The notes beneath the pieces were generated by a model, which was not told the DNA's origin, searched no databases, and saw only the letters and a program-made list of their open reading frames with translations. A stretch of 64,000 nt of DNA from an uncultured Aureimonas sp. (GTDB lineage: Bacteria > Pseudomonadota > Alphaproteobacteria > Rhizobiales > Rhizobiaceae): NCBI RefSeq assembly GCF_913775355.1, contig NZ_CAJYIU010000041.1:1503-65502 (forward strand), written 5' to 3'. Each line of letters begins with the position of its first letter. Positions within the stretch are counted from its first letter, which is position 1. The translations under genes were made by a program, and so were the position numbers. Below, in pieces: positions 1 to 10,806 of this stretch.

Positions 1-696
1 CAGGTTGCTGGCGACCAGCGCCTCGCCCGGCCGGTCGTCCGGCGCGAACCGGGGGAGGGGCGCCGGGCGGAGCGCCGTGCGCGCGGCGTCGAGGCTGACG
101 CGAGCCGCCTCGCGCTGGGTCTCCACGAGGGCTGCGAGCCGGTCGGGCGACTGGCCGATGCGCGCGGCCTGCGCCCGCAGCGTCGTGAGATAGGCGTCGA
201 TGCCGCTGCAAAGGAACGGCGTTTCCTTCTGGGACAGGAAGTCGCCGAGATCCTCGCGGATGCGCGCGGCAATCCAGCGCGCGTTGGCGTCGAGCGGACC
301 GACGGTGCGGCCCCGCGCCTTGGCGAGATCGGCCGCCGTGCGCAGCGCCGCGGCATTGCCGCCCGGCTGCGACCGGCCGGCGGGGGGGAAGATCAGAACG
401 CCGGGAAGCGCGGCATCCGACGCACCGACATCGGCACCGGCCGCAACCTTCAGGGCCGCGAACTCGCGCTCGCGGATGGCGCCGAAGCGGGCGTGGAAGG
501 CGTCGGCGCAGGCGGCGGGCGAGGCGCGCTTCGTCATCGTGGCGACCGTCGCGGCCTGGCCTTCTGTCGTCCCGGCGGCGCCGACGACGATAACCGACGA
601 GGCGGCGGCCGGGCTTCCCGCGACGGCGGCCGTGGCGGCGAGGGCGAGGAACAGCGAGCGGACCGCAGCGGTGCGGCGGTGGGTCGTCGTGGCCAT
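1..696 (-). CDS. hypothetical exported protein (3' end beyond window)
   Basis: ATG at 696, stop-free frame to base 1 (absent from ORF track as no stop in window); MATTTHRRTAAVRSLFLALAATAAVAGSPAAA resembles a signal peptide; co-oriented downstream of AsmA gene. Confidence 0.7.
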   Translation of the reverse strand, partial: MATTTHRRTAAVRSLFLALAATAAVAGSPAAASSVIVVGAAGTTEGQAATVATMTKRASPAACADAFHARFGAIREREFAALKVAAGADVGASDAALPGVLIFPPAGRSQPGGNAAALRTAADLAKARGRTVGPLDANARWIAARIREDLGDFLSQKETPFLCSGIDAYLTTLRAQAARIGQSPDRLAALVETQREAARVSLDAARTALRPAPLPRFAPDDRPGEALVASNL

Positions 697-740
697 GGGC
701 GTCCGGCTCCCGGGCAAGGGTGGCACCCCGCCCGCCGGAT

Positions 741-2624
741 TCAGATCGGCGCCTTGGGCGCGTCCACGGTCATGACCGGGCGGGGCCATTCTCCCTGGAT
801 CGTAAACGGAATGGGTTGAGAGGAGGTGAACGCGCCCCCCGCGCCCGACGCTTCGACCACCGAGGATTGCGTCGTGCCGAAGAGGTTCAGGCGCCGCGTG
901 TAGGCGTCGAGGACGCCGCGCGCCTCGCTCTTGCCCGCGGTCGTCGTCATCGACAGGGCGTCGAGGCGCATGCGCGTGCCGAACCCTTCGAGCGAAGCGG
1001 TGAGCGACTGGAAGCCCTGCGCCGCCGACGCTGCGCCGGCTTCGATCTCGTGCCGGCCAGACGCGCGCATCAGCTCGTTGGCAAAGCCGCGCATCCGCCC
1101 GTCCGAGACGCGGAGCGACAGGGTCGAGCGCCCGTTGGCCAGAAGGTCGCCCCAACTGGCGGCGGGGCCGCGGAACGAGACATCGAGATCGCCCGACCCG
1201 GCCGACACCGGCAGCGGCACGCCGGACAGGGCGTCGAGTTCGGTCATGCTGACGGCCGAGAGGCGGAGGCTGGCGTCGACGCTCGGATGCCCGTTGGTCG
1301 AGGCGAAGCGCAGGCGCAAGCCGCCGCGCCCACCGAGCGCCGCCATGTCGCCGATGTCGAGCGTGCCGGCCCCGCCGACCACCTTGATGGCGGCTGCAAG
1401 CTCGCTCGCCGCCACGGGGCCGAGCTGGGCGCGTTCGGCCGACAGGCGGAGATCGATGTCGAGGTCGCGCCCGAGCGCGAAGCGCATCGGCCGCTGGAGA
1501 TCGAGAACGTTGCGCGGGATCGGGGCGATCGCCTGGAACGCACGCCCGAGGTCGAGATCGGAAAACGCGAGGGTTCCCGACAGCGAGCGCCGTCCCGCCG
1601 TGCCCGACAGATCGGCCTCCAGCGCGCCACGCGCCTGGTTGCCGCCGAGGTCGAGCTGGACCGCGCCGAAGTTCAGCCGCTCGCCCGACAGCTCGATCCG
1701 CGTTTCCAAGGCGAGCGCGCCGAGATCGGGCACCGACGGTTCGCCGAGCCAGCGCGCCGCCCGCGACAGGGAGGGGGTCGCCAGGCGCACGAGACCGGAC
1801 AGCTGCAGCGGCGTCCGGCCGGAGCCCTCGCCCGAGAAGCTGACCTCGCCGGAAGGGCCGGACAGGACGAGCCGGAGCGGGCTCGTCTCGCCGTCGAAGA
1901 AGGGGACGGGACGGTCCAGCTGCCCCTGGACCTTGGCCGGCTGGCCGTTCCAGACGAAGGAGCCGGACAGGTTGGCAGGCGCGCCGTCGCCGTTCCAGCG
2001 GAAGTCGATGTCGGCGCTGGACACGGGACTGTCCATTCCCGGCAGGCGGACCAGCCCGTCGCGCAGCCGCAGTTCGTTGACGCCCTGGAACCGTGCGAGC
2101 CGGGCCCGCATCGCCTCGCGCCCGCCGGCGGGCGCCGCCGGCGCGGGCACGGTCGCGTCCGGCGGGGTTGCGGCCGCGGTCGGGACAGGGGGACTGAGCG
2201 CTGCGGGATCGGCGGGGCCGAGTTCCGGCCGGACCATCGTCACCCGGCGGATCTCGGCGCGCCCGGCCAGGGCGTCGAGGAGGTTGAAGTCGGCTTCCAG
2301 CCGGTCGACGTCGAGCTGCAGCGCTGCGCCGTCCGCCGTGGTGACGGCACGCACGTCGGAAAGGATCACGCTCGGACGTGGAAGGAGCGAGAATTCCGCC
2401 GTGCCCGCCACCGAGACCGGCGCGCCGACCAGCCGGCCGAGCCGGGCCTCGATTTCGGCCTGCGCCGCGGGCAGGGTGAGGGGGAAGGTCGAGAAGGCCG
2501 CGGCGAGGCCGCCGCCCAGCACCAGCGCCACCGCGCCGCCGATCGCCAGCGAGCGCCTGACCCCGCGTCGGCGCGGGCTCGCATCCGTCGGGACACGAGG
2601 TGACGGATCGCGCGCTGAGGTCAA
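741..2624 (-). CDS. AsmA family protein
   Basis: 627 aa; N-terminal TM anchor then LGAPVSVAGTAEFSLLPRPSV..., beta-rich repeats typical of AsmA; start (TTG) uncertain. Confidence 0.8.
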   Translation of the reverse strand: MTSARDPSPRVPTDASPRRRGVRRSLAIGGAVALVLGGGLAAAFSTFPLTLPAAQAEIEARLGRLVGAPVSVAGTAEFSLLPRPSVILSDVRAVTTADGAALQLDVDRLEADFNLLDALAGRAEIRRVTMVRPELGPADPAALSPPVPTAAATPPDATVPAPAAPAGGREAMRARLARFQGVNELRLRDGLVRLPGMDSPVSSADIDFRWNGDGAPANLSGSFVWNGQPAKVQGQLDRPVPFFDGETSPLRLVLSGPSGEVSFSGEGSGRTPLQLSGLVRLATPSLSRAARWLGEPSVPDLGALALETRIELSGERLNFGAVQLDLGGNQARGALEADLSGTAGRRSLSGTLAFSDLDLGRAFQAIAPIPRNVLDLQRPMRFALGRDLDIDLRLSAERAQLGPVAASELAAAIKVVGGAGTLDIGDMAALGGRGGLRLRFASTNGHPSVDASLRLSAVSMTELDALSGVPLPVSAGSGDLDVSFRGPAASWGDLLANGRSTLSLRVSDGRMRGFANELMRASGRHEIEAGAASAAQGFQSLTASLEGFGTRMRLDALSMTTTAGKSEARGVLDAYTRRLNLFGTTQSSVVEASGAGGAFTSSQPIPFTIQGEWPRPVMTVDAPKAPI

Positions 2625-2748
2625 GAAGGGCCTTTCGAATGGCGGAATCGGGCGGTCGGCCGGACAACGGTCCGTCGGATCACTGCCTGTGTCGCACCGA
2701 ATTGTGCCGGAGCCAAGGCGTCGGCGCGCCCGGCTTGCCCGAACCTTG

Positions 2749-4464
2749 TCAGTCGGCGCGCGGTCGGCCGTCCCGCGCGAGGCTTCGGGTGAGGACGACG
2801 ACGGGGAGGATGCCGGTCGCGACGATCAGAAGGCTGGCGATCGCGCCATCTTCGAAGGCGGCGCGCGAGGCCTGCGCGTAGACGAAGGTGGCGAGCGTGT
2901 CGAAGTCGAAGGGACGAAGCAGGATCGTCGCCGAAAGCTCCTTGGCGGCTTCCACGAAGACGAGAAGCATGGCGGTGAGGAGGGCCGGGCGCATGAGCGG
3001 CAGGAGAACCCGCCGCAGCGTGCCGCCCGGTCCGTGACCGAGCGCGCGCGAGGCCATGTCGAGATGCGGCGACAGGCGCGCGAAGCCGTTGTCGAGCGAG
3101 CCGTGGCCCATCGCCATGAAGCGCGCCGTGCAGGCGAAGACGATTGCAAAGCCTGAGCCGGACAGGAGAAGCCCGGTCGACACCCCAAGCGAAGCGCGAA
3201 GGGCGGCGTCCAGCGCGTTGTCGAAGGCGGCGAAGGGCACGAGGATGCCCATGGCGAGGATCGTGCCCGGCACCGCATAGCCGAAGGCGGCCAGCCGCGA
3301 CAGGACGCGGAGCGGCCGGGCGTTGGTGAGGCGAATGCCGTAGGCGACGAGAAAGCCGATCGCGACCGTCAGGAGTGCGGTCGAACCGGCAACGACGATC
3401 GTGTGCCGGAGCGCGCGCCAGAGCTGCGGATCGGCGAAGTCCTCCGGCCGCCGGACGGCGTATCCGCCGAGGATGGCGAGCGGCACGCCGAAGCCCGAGG
3501 CGATCGGCAGGAGGCAGGCCGCGGCGGCCGCCCAGCCCTTCCAGCCGCCGAGCCGCTCGGCGCCGGCGCGCACGGTGTCGGACCGCCCCGCAGTGAATCG
3601 CTGGCGCCGCCGCGCGAAGCGCTCGATCCAGAGGAGAAGGAGGATGAAGGCGAGCATTAGGAGCGCGATCTGCGTCGCGCCGGCGAGATCGCCCCGGTTG
3701 AGCCAGGTCGCATAGACCGCGAAGGTCAGCGTCTGGACGCCGAGGAATTCGACCGCGCCGATGTCGTTGACGGTCTCCATGAGGACCAGCGCGACGCCGA
3801 CCGCGATCGCGGGGCGCGCCATCGGCAGGAGCACGGTGGCGAGGATGCGCAGGCGACCCGCGCCGAGCGTGCGCGCGACGTCGGCCGCCTTGCGACCCTG
3901 CATCAGGAAGACGAGCCGGACCGTCAGGAAGACATAAGGGTAGAGGACGCTCGACAGGACGAGGACGGCGCCGCCGGCCGAACGGATGTCGGGAAACCAG
4001 TAGTCGGAGCGCATCGTCCAGCCGAACAGCGCCCGGAGGCCGGACTGGACCGGCCCGACATAATGCAGGAGTTCGTTGAAGCAGTAGGCCGCGATATAGG
4101 TCGGTACGGCGAGCGGCAGCACCAGCGCCCAGGCGAAGACGCGCTGGCCGGGGAAGCGGAAGCTCGTGACCAGCCAGGCGGTGAGCGTGCCGACGACGGC
4201 GGTCGCAAGGCCGACGCCCGCCATCAGCGCCAGCGTCGTGCCGGTGGCGCGCGGCAGGACGGTGCGGGCGAGGTGCGACCAGTTCGCGGTGCCGCCGGTG
4301 AGCGCGATCGCCGCGAGCGACAGGACGGGAAGCGCGACGAGGAGCCCGACGGCAAGCGCCGCGGCCAGGAACAAGCGCTCCGAGCCGACGCTCGCCCGCC
4401 GCGCCGGCACGACGCCCGCGCTGCCCAACCGCAATTCGCTCAAAGCCGTCCCTCGTGTGTCCAC
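2749..4464 (-). CDS. fbpB: Fe3+ ABC transporter permease (FbpB/SfuB-like, two BPD_transp_1 repeats)
   Basis: 571 aa polytopic; LPLAVPTYIAAY, two EAA-like loops (ARTLGAG, ASRALGHG); next to iron SBP. Confidence 0.9.
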   Translation of the reverse strand: MDTRGTALSELRLGSAGVVPARRASVGSERLFLAAALAVGLLVALPVLSLAAIALTGGTANWSHLARTVLPRATGTTLALMAGVGLATAVVGTLTAWLVTSFRFPGQRVFAWALVLPLAVPTYIAAYCFNELLHYVGPVQSGLRALFGWTMRSDYWFPDIRSAGGAVLVLSSVLYPYVFLTVRLVFLMQGRKAADVARTLGAGRLRILATVLLPMARPAIAVGVALVLMETVNDIGAVEFLGVQTLTFAVYATWLNRGDLAGATQIALLMLAFILLLLWIERFARRRQRFTAGRSDTVRAGAERLGGWKGWAAAAACLLPIASGFGVPLAILGGYAVRRPEDFADPQLWRALRHTIVVAGSTALLTVAIGFLVAYGIRLTNARPLRVLSRLAAFGYAVPGTILAMGILVPFAAFDNALDAALRASLGVSTGLLLSGSGFAIVFACTARFMAMGHGSLDNGFARLSPHLDMASRALGHGPGGTLRRVLLPLMRPALLTAMLLVFVEAAKELSATILLRPFDFDTLATFVYAQASRAAFEDGAIASLLIVATGILPVVVLTRSLARDGRPRAD

Positions 4465-4522
4465 GCGTCGGCGCGGGCGGCCTTTCCGGCCGCCAGCGCC
4501 ATCATCCCTGCAAGAGGAGGGG

Positions 4523-5569
4523 TCAGGACTTCGGGCCGTTGTCGAAGCCGACCTCGTCGACGAGCTCCGAGGCCTTGGCGCGGTTGGCCGCGATGTCGCT
4601 CAGCGACAGCGTGTCCGGCTTCAGCGTGCCGAAGCTCTTCACCGTCTCCGACAGGGCGACGCCCGGCTTCAGCGGGTACTCGTAGTTCACCTCGGCGTAG
4701 ATGCGCTGGGCCTCGTCGGTCGTGAGGAATTCCATGAACTTCACCGCGTTGTCGCGGTTCGGAGCGTTCTTGGCGAGGCCCATGCCGGAGATGTTGACGT
4801 GGGTGCCGCCGTTCTCGAAGGTCGGCAGGATCACCTTGATGGCGTTCGCCCACTCCTTCTGCTCCGGCTCCTTCTCGTTGTTCTGCATCAGGCCGACGTA
4901 ATAGGTGTTGCCGATGGCGATGTCGCACTGGCCGGCCGCGATGTTGCGCGCTTGGTCGCGGTCGCCGCCCTCGGGCGCCGAGGCGAGGTTGTCGCGCAGG
5001 CCCGTCAGCCAGGTCCGCGTCGCCTCCTCGCCGTGATGGGCGAGATAGGCCGCGATCAGCGCGACGTTGTACTGGTGCTGGCCCGAGCGGATGCAGATCT
5101 TGCCCTTCCACTTCGGGTCGGCAAGGCTCTCGTAGGTGATCGCCTCGTCGCCGACGCGCTCCTTCGAGGCGTAGACGACGCGGGCGCGCGAGGTGACGCC
5201 CGACCATTCCTTGCCCGCATCGCGAAATTCCGCCGGAATGTCCTTCTCGATCACCGCGTCCTCGAGCGGCTGCAGCACGCCGGCCTGCTTGGTGGCGTCG
5301 AGGCGGCCGATGTCGACCGTCAGCACGACGTCGGCCGGCGAGTTGGCGCCCTCCGCCTTGATGCGCTCCTCGAGACCCTTCTCGATGAAGATCGTCGCCG
5401 TGGTGAGGCCGGTCTCCTTGGTGAAGGCGTCGAGCAGCGGCTGGATCAGCGCCGGCTGGCGCGAGGAGTAGATGTTGACGTCGGCCGCCTGCGCCACGGC
5501 CGGCGCGGACAGAGCGAGGGCGCAGACGCCCAGTCCGAAGGCGGCTCGGCTCGAAAGAAGCTTGGTCAT
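4523..5569 (-). CDS. fbpA: Fe3+ ABC transporter substrate-binding protein (FbpA/FutA-like)
   Basis: Start MTKLLSS at 5569 with GAGG RBS; signal peptide, VNIYSSRQ, EGANSPADV, GNTYY motif, HVNISG. Confidence 0.92.
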   Translation of the reverse strand: MTKLLSSRAAFGLGVCALALSAPAVAQAADVNIYSSRQPALIQPLLDAFTKETGLTTATIFIEKGLEERIKAEGANSPADVVLTVDIGRLDATKQAGVLQPLEDAVIEKDIPAEFRDAGKEWSGVTSRARVVYASKERVGDEAITYESLADPKWKGKICIRSGQHQYNVALIAAYLAHHGEEATRTWLTGLRDNLASAPEGGDRDQARNIAAGQCDIAIGNTYYVGLMQNNEKEPEQKEWANAIKVILPTFENGGTHVNISGMGLAKNAPNRDNAVKFMEFLTTDEAQRIYAEVNYEYPLKPGVALSETVKSFGTLKPDTLSLSDIAANRAKASELVDEVGFDNGPKS

Positions 5570-5744
5570 ATCGGGTCCTCGTGGCATCGCCGACGCCGGG
5601 CGCCGGTCGCAGAAGGGGACGGCGGCACCAAAACGGCCCCGCCGGGCGGTCCGCAAAACTTGTGTCTCGCAGTCCGGTTTCGGATGCCCCAGTCGGCAAA
5701 CGGAATCAAGTAGAAACGGCAGTAACGTTCCGTTCAACTGCCAC

Positions 5745-5761
5745 ATTGGAATCGTTCTAGA
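5745..5761 (-). promoter_or_regulatory. Irr box (iron control element, ICE)
   Basis: TCTAGAACGATTCCAAT matches 15/17 of TTTRGAAYNRTTCYAAA; about 175 bp upstream of fbpA. Confidence 0.7.
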
Positions 5762-5800
5762 AGCAACGTTCAGACGATAATGCTTGCGAAGGATTGTGCG

Positions 5801-8794
5801 TCAGTCCGCCAGAACCCGCTGCGCGGGGAAGACGATCTCGACCAACGTTCCCTCGCCGGGTGTCGAGGCGATGGAGAACTGCGCCCGGTTCGCCTCGGCC
5901 ATCGCCTTCGTCAGCGGCAGGCCGAGGCCTGTGCCTTCGCCGCGTTCGTCGCGCCCGGCATTCACCTGCTGGAACGGGGTCAGCGCGATCTCGATCTCGC
6001 GCTCGGTCATGCCGATCCCCGAATCGCGGAAGCGCAGCGCCACCTCGCCGGACGACCCGTAATGGGTCGAGGCGACGATCTGGCCGCCGGCCGGCGTGAA
6101 GCGCACGGCGTTGGCAATGAGGTTCAGGGCGATCTGGCGCACCGAGCGCCGGTCGGCGACGACGCTCGGCACGCTCGCGGGCAGCACCGAGCGGACGATG
6201 ACGCGCTCGCGGTTGGCCTGCGGCTGCATCAGCGACACGACCTCGGCGACCACCTCGTTGAGCGACACCGCCTCGAAGGCGAGGTCGACCTTGCCGGCCT
6301 CGATCTTGGAGATGTCGAGGAGGTCGTTGACGAGATCGAGCACGTGGTGGCCCGAGCGCTTGATGTCGCCGAGATACTCGAGATAGCGCTCGTGGCCGAT
6401 CGGGCCGAAGCATTCCGAGGCCATGACGTCGGCAAAGCCGATGATGGCGTTCAAGGGCGTTCGCAGCTCGTGGCTGATATTGGCGAGGAAGCGGCTCTTG
6501 TGGAGGCTGGCGTCCTCGGCGAGGCGGCGCGCCTCGATCAGATCGGATTCGGCGCTCTTCCACTGCGCGATGTCGCGGATCACCACGCACCAGCCGCGGC
6601 CCTGGCTGAGGCGGCCGAGGGTCATGAAGAGCGGGATCGTGCGGTCGCCGCCCGCAACCCGCGCCTCGACCTCGCGCCCGTCGTTGAGGATCGCGGCGAG
6701 CCCATTGTCGCGCAGGGTGCCGATGTAGTCGGTGAGGACGCGGCGGCTGTCGGGCGCCAGAAGCTCCTGCAGCGGCAGGCCGACGTAGGACTCGGGGCGA
6801 AGACCGAACAGCGCCTCGGCGGCACCGTTCATCTTGCGCAGCCGCTCGCCCTCGTCGAGGAGGAGGATGCCGTCGGTGGCCGTGTCGAGAACGGCCTGGA
6901 GTTCCTCCACCTCGCCCTGCAGGTCGAGAAGGATCGGCGTCATGTCCTCCTCCGGCTCGGCCTCGGCCGGCGGGAAGGACATGAGAAGGCAGGAGCGCCC
7001 GGCGACGCTGATGCGCTGAAGATGCAGGCGCGCGCGCTCGAACGAGCCGTCGGCGCACTGGATCAGCGCCGTCTCGTCCTCGAAGCCGGAGCCCGACGTC
7101 TGCACGAGGTGATCGAGGCCGCCGGCCGCTTCCAGCGCGTCGAGGTCGTCGTAGCGCGTCAGCGTGAAGAAGCGCCGGTTGGCGAAGATCAGCCGCTCCT
7201 GCATCTGCACGAGGACGGCCAGCGGCAGGGCGTCGAGCATGTCCTCGAGTTCCTGCACCGGCAGGAGCAGCGTCGAGCCGTCGTCCGGCGCGGCGTCGGA
7301 GGCCGCGGTCTCGACCGGCGCGGCGAGGGGCGCCTGCGCGTCGGCCAGAGCCTCGTGCGCGCGAAGGCCGAGCTTCGCCCCGATCGCCTTGAAGGCCGCG
7401 ACCTCGGCATTCGAGAGATTAGCCTCACGGCGGCGGCGCTCGGCGACCGTCTCGACGCCCATCATCGGGGGCGCCGTGCGGCGTCCGAAGGCCGCTGCGG
7501 CTTGCGCCTCCGGCGCGTCGTCGCCCGCGGGTGCGCTCGCCGAGGCGACGTCGATGCGGGCGCTGCGCTCGGGGAGCGCGAGCGCGAGGCCGATCGCCGC
7601 CGGATCGCTCTCGTGCTCGGACGGCCGCACCACGCCGAAGCCGCGGAAGCCGAGGAACTCGCGATCGCGGCTGTAGAGCGGCAGCCCCGCGAGATCGATC
7701 GGCGCGCGGCGGTCGGTGCCCTCGATCGGCCACAGGATCGTGCGGCCCGACCACGTGTCGCGCCGCTGCAGGAGGCGCTCGATCTCGCCGGTCTCGTCGA
7801 AGCCGAAGACGCGCGCGACATCGGCGAAGGGCCGGCCGATCACGTCCGCCGCGCGCGGGCCGACGATCGCGGCGAACTCCGGCGACAGCTGCGAGAAGCA
7901 GGTCTCGGCGTCGGTCTGCCAGACGAAGCGAACGGGCTCGGCGTCGAGGACGGCGCGGAAGGGCTCGGCGGACAGGGCGGCCGGGGCCGGCTCGGGCATC
8001 TCGTCGGGAAGGTCGAGCATGTCGGCCGGAGCGCTTGCCTCGGCTTCGGCCAGTAGCGGAACGACGGCTTCGCGCGCATCGTCATCCGCGTCGAGGGCCG
8101 GTTCGGCGGAGGCGGGCGCCTCGGCTTCCGCCTCGGCCGGCGGTTCGTCCTCGGCCGGCGTGGCGACCGTCTCGGTGTCGTCCGGCGTGCCCTGATCCCC
8201 GGCAGCGCCCCCGGCCTCGGTCGGCATGTCGATGTGGATCAGCACCAGCCCGCTGCCGACGCGGGTGAACGACAGGGCGCCGGCCTCGTCCTCGACCACG
8301 AGGCGGTCCTCGTCGGCCTGCAGGAACTCCTGTCCCTGGATCGCCAGAAGCGAGTGCTCGTCCTCCGGCAGGCGATCGGTCGCCGCCAGCATTCCGGTCG
8401 GTCCGACGACGCAGGCCAGGGCCTCGGTCAGCCCCGCGTCCCGCAGGAATTCGCGCGCCTGTTCCCCGGGCGTGGGGGCCGCATCAAGGCCGAGCTTCAC
8501 GGACAGGAGCGCCAGATGGGCGCCCCCGGCCGAGATCGCCTCGAGCCGCGCCAAGAGCGCCTTGCCGAGGCCGCTGGCTTCGGGCGGGCGCAGGAGAAGC
8601 TGGGTGCGGCCCTTGCCCGCGAAGGCCTCGCGCGCCGAGCGAACCTGGCGCATGGCGTCGGCATCCGGCGTCTCGGCCTGCCCCAGCAGCCGTCGGCCGG
8701 CCGCATTCATCCAGAGGATTTGCGACAGCCCGGCATCCAGCACGGCCACGGCCGAACCGGTCTGCGCGGCCGCGCGGACGGACTTCAGCGACAT
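5801..8794 (-). CDS. pdhS: PAS-domain sensor histidine kinase, PdhS-like (PleC/DivJ family)
   Basis: 997 aa; H-box SHELRTPLNAIIGF, N-box LNLIANAVRF, G boxes DSGIGM/GTGLGL; long acidic N-terminus with PAS domains; divergent from phasin. Confidence 0.75.
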   Translation of the reverse strand: MSLKSVRAAAQTGSAVAVLDAGLSQILWMNAAGRRLLGQAETPDADAMRQVRSAREAFAGKGRTQLLLRPPEASGLGKALLARLEAISAGGAHLALLSVKLGLDAAPTPGEQAREFLRDAGLTEALACVVGPTGMLAATDRLPEDEHSLLAIQGQEFLQADEDRLVVEDEAGALSFTRVGSGLVLIHIDMPTEAGGAAGDQGTPDDTETVATPAEDEPPAEAEAEAPASAEPALDADDDAREAVVPLLAEAEASAPADMLDLPDEMPEPAPAALSAEPFRAVLDAEPVRFVWQTDAETCFSQLSPEFAAIVGPRAADVIGRPFADVARVFGFDETGEIERLLQRRDTWSGRTILWPIEGTDRRAPIDLAGLPLYSRDREFLGFRGFGVVRPSEHESDPAAIGLALALPERSARIDVASASAPAGDDAPEAQAAAAFGRRTAPPMMGVETVAERRRREANLSNAEVAAFKAIGAKLGLRAHEALADAQAPLAAPVETAASDAAPDDGSTLLLPVQELEDMLDALPLAVLVQMQERLIFANRRFFTLTRYDDLDALEAAGGLDHLVQTSGSGFEDETALIQCADGSFERARLHLQRISVAGRSCLLMSFPPAEAEPEEDMTPILLDLQGEVEELQAVLDTATDGILLLDEGERLRKMNGAAEALFGLRPESYVGLPLQELLAPDSRRVLTDYIGTLRDNGLAAILNDGREVEARVAGGDRTIPLFMTLGRLSQGRGWCVVIRDIAQWKSAESDLIEARRLAEDASLHKSRFLANISHELRTPLNAIIGFADVMASECFGPIGHERYLEYLGDIKRSGHHVLDLVNDLLDISKIEAGKVDLAFEAVSLNEVVAEVVSLMQPQANRERVIVRSVLPASVPSVVADRRSVRQIALNLIANAVRFTPAGGQIVASTHYGSSGEVALRFRDSGIGMTEREIEIALTPFQQVNAGRDERGEGTGLGLPLTKAMAEANRAQFSIASTPGEGTLVEIVFPAQRVLAD

Positions 8795-8844
8795 GATGTC
8801 GAGGGCGGACGGAATGGCCTTGCGCTCCTGCGGGCGGTCGATCG

Positions 8845-8860
8845 GTTACTGCTTCGTTAA
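8845..8860 (-). promoter_or_regulatory. putative CtrA-binding site
   Basis: TTAA-CGAAGCA-GTAAC matches 8/9 of TTAA-N7-TTAAC, about 50 bp upstream of the pdhS-like start; extra GTTAAC half site at 8925-8930. Confidence 0.6.
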
Positions 8861-9037
8861 TAAGGCCAGCGTGAGATCAAATCCAGAACCGACGGCCGCC
8901 GCCGCACCTGAAAGCCGGGGCAGGGTTAACATGGCTGTGTGAATGCCGTGCCGGCCCTGTTCGAGCCCCGCGCACGCCCCTAGTTTGTCGTTTGCGGATT
9001 GTGGATCCGCCATCATCCGGTCGAGGAGAATGCCGTC

Positions 9038-9526
9038 ATGTCCGATACCGAGAACTTCAACTCCGGCGATCCGGCGCGCGACGCCTTCGACAACGCCAAG
9101 CGCGCCCAGGCCGCCATGGGCATCGACCCGTCGAAGATGGGCGAGGCCTTCCGCACGATGACGCAGACGTCGATCGAGCAGTCGAAGGAAGCCTATGCGC
9201 GGATGAAGTCGGCCGCCGACCAGGCGACGCAGACGCTGGAAGCGACCGTCGAGAACGCGCACTCGGGCTCGCTGAATCTCACCAAGCGCGCCATCGAGGG
9301 CATGCGGGCGCAGGCCGAGATGAACTTCCAGCATTTCGAGAAGCTCGCCTCCGCCAAGTCGATGGCCGAGTTCGTGGAACTGCAGACGAGCTTCATGCGC
9401 CGCCAGATGGAACTCTTCGCCGATCAGGCGAAGGAAATGCAGTCGTTGTCGCAGAACGTCGCGCAGGACGTCATCCGCCCGAGCCGCGACGCCGCCCAGA
9501 AGGCCACCGGCCAGGACAATTTCTGA
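9038..9526 (+). CDS. phaP: phasin (PHA granule-associated protein)
   Basis: GAGGAG RBS then MSDTENF; helical A/Q/E-rich sequence, AKEAY-like and FVELQTSF motifs of alphaproteobacterial phasins. Confidence 0.85.
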   Translation: MSDTENFNSGDPARDAFDNAKRAQAAMGIDPSKMGEAFRTMTQTSIEQSKEAYARMKSAADQATQTLEATVENAHSGSLNLTKRAIEGMRAQAEMNFQHFEKLASAKSMAEFVELQTSFMRRQMELFADQAKEMQSLSQNVAQDVIRPSRDAAQKATGQDNF

Positions 9527-9534
9527 CATGAGAT

Positions 9535-9573
9535 CGCCTCGGGCGCCGATCGCGCGCCCGAGGCTTGCCTTTG
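9535..9573 (+). terminator. intrinsic terminator-like hairpin after phasin
   Basis: gcctcgggcgc...gcgcccgaggc followed by ttgccttt. Confidence 0.5.
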
Positions 9574-9607
9574 CCGCAAAAGTTTTCTATTGCGGGCCCA
9601 TCGGTAT

Positions 9608-9684
<77 letters not shown>

Positions 9685-9828
9685 CCGTTTTCTCAGACGA
9701 ATGATGGCACCAGACAGCGGCGCGACGCGCTTCGCCTGACCCCTCCGCGGTCGTGCCGGGGCTTGTCCAAATCGCAAGGCGCCCGAATTGTGCCTGCGAT
9801 CGGCGCCGACGCGCCGGACGGAGGCCCC

Positions 9829-10802
<974 letters not shown>

Positions 10803-10806
<4 letters not shown>

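Noticed and set aside
5780-8056. Long plus-strand ORF (758 aa) opposite pdhS, and similar long shadows such as 26812-29655, 35490-38633 and 14963-16621
   Set aside because: Antisense shadow frames of genuine high-GC genes; no recognisable motifs, Arg/Gly-biased composition
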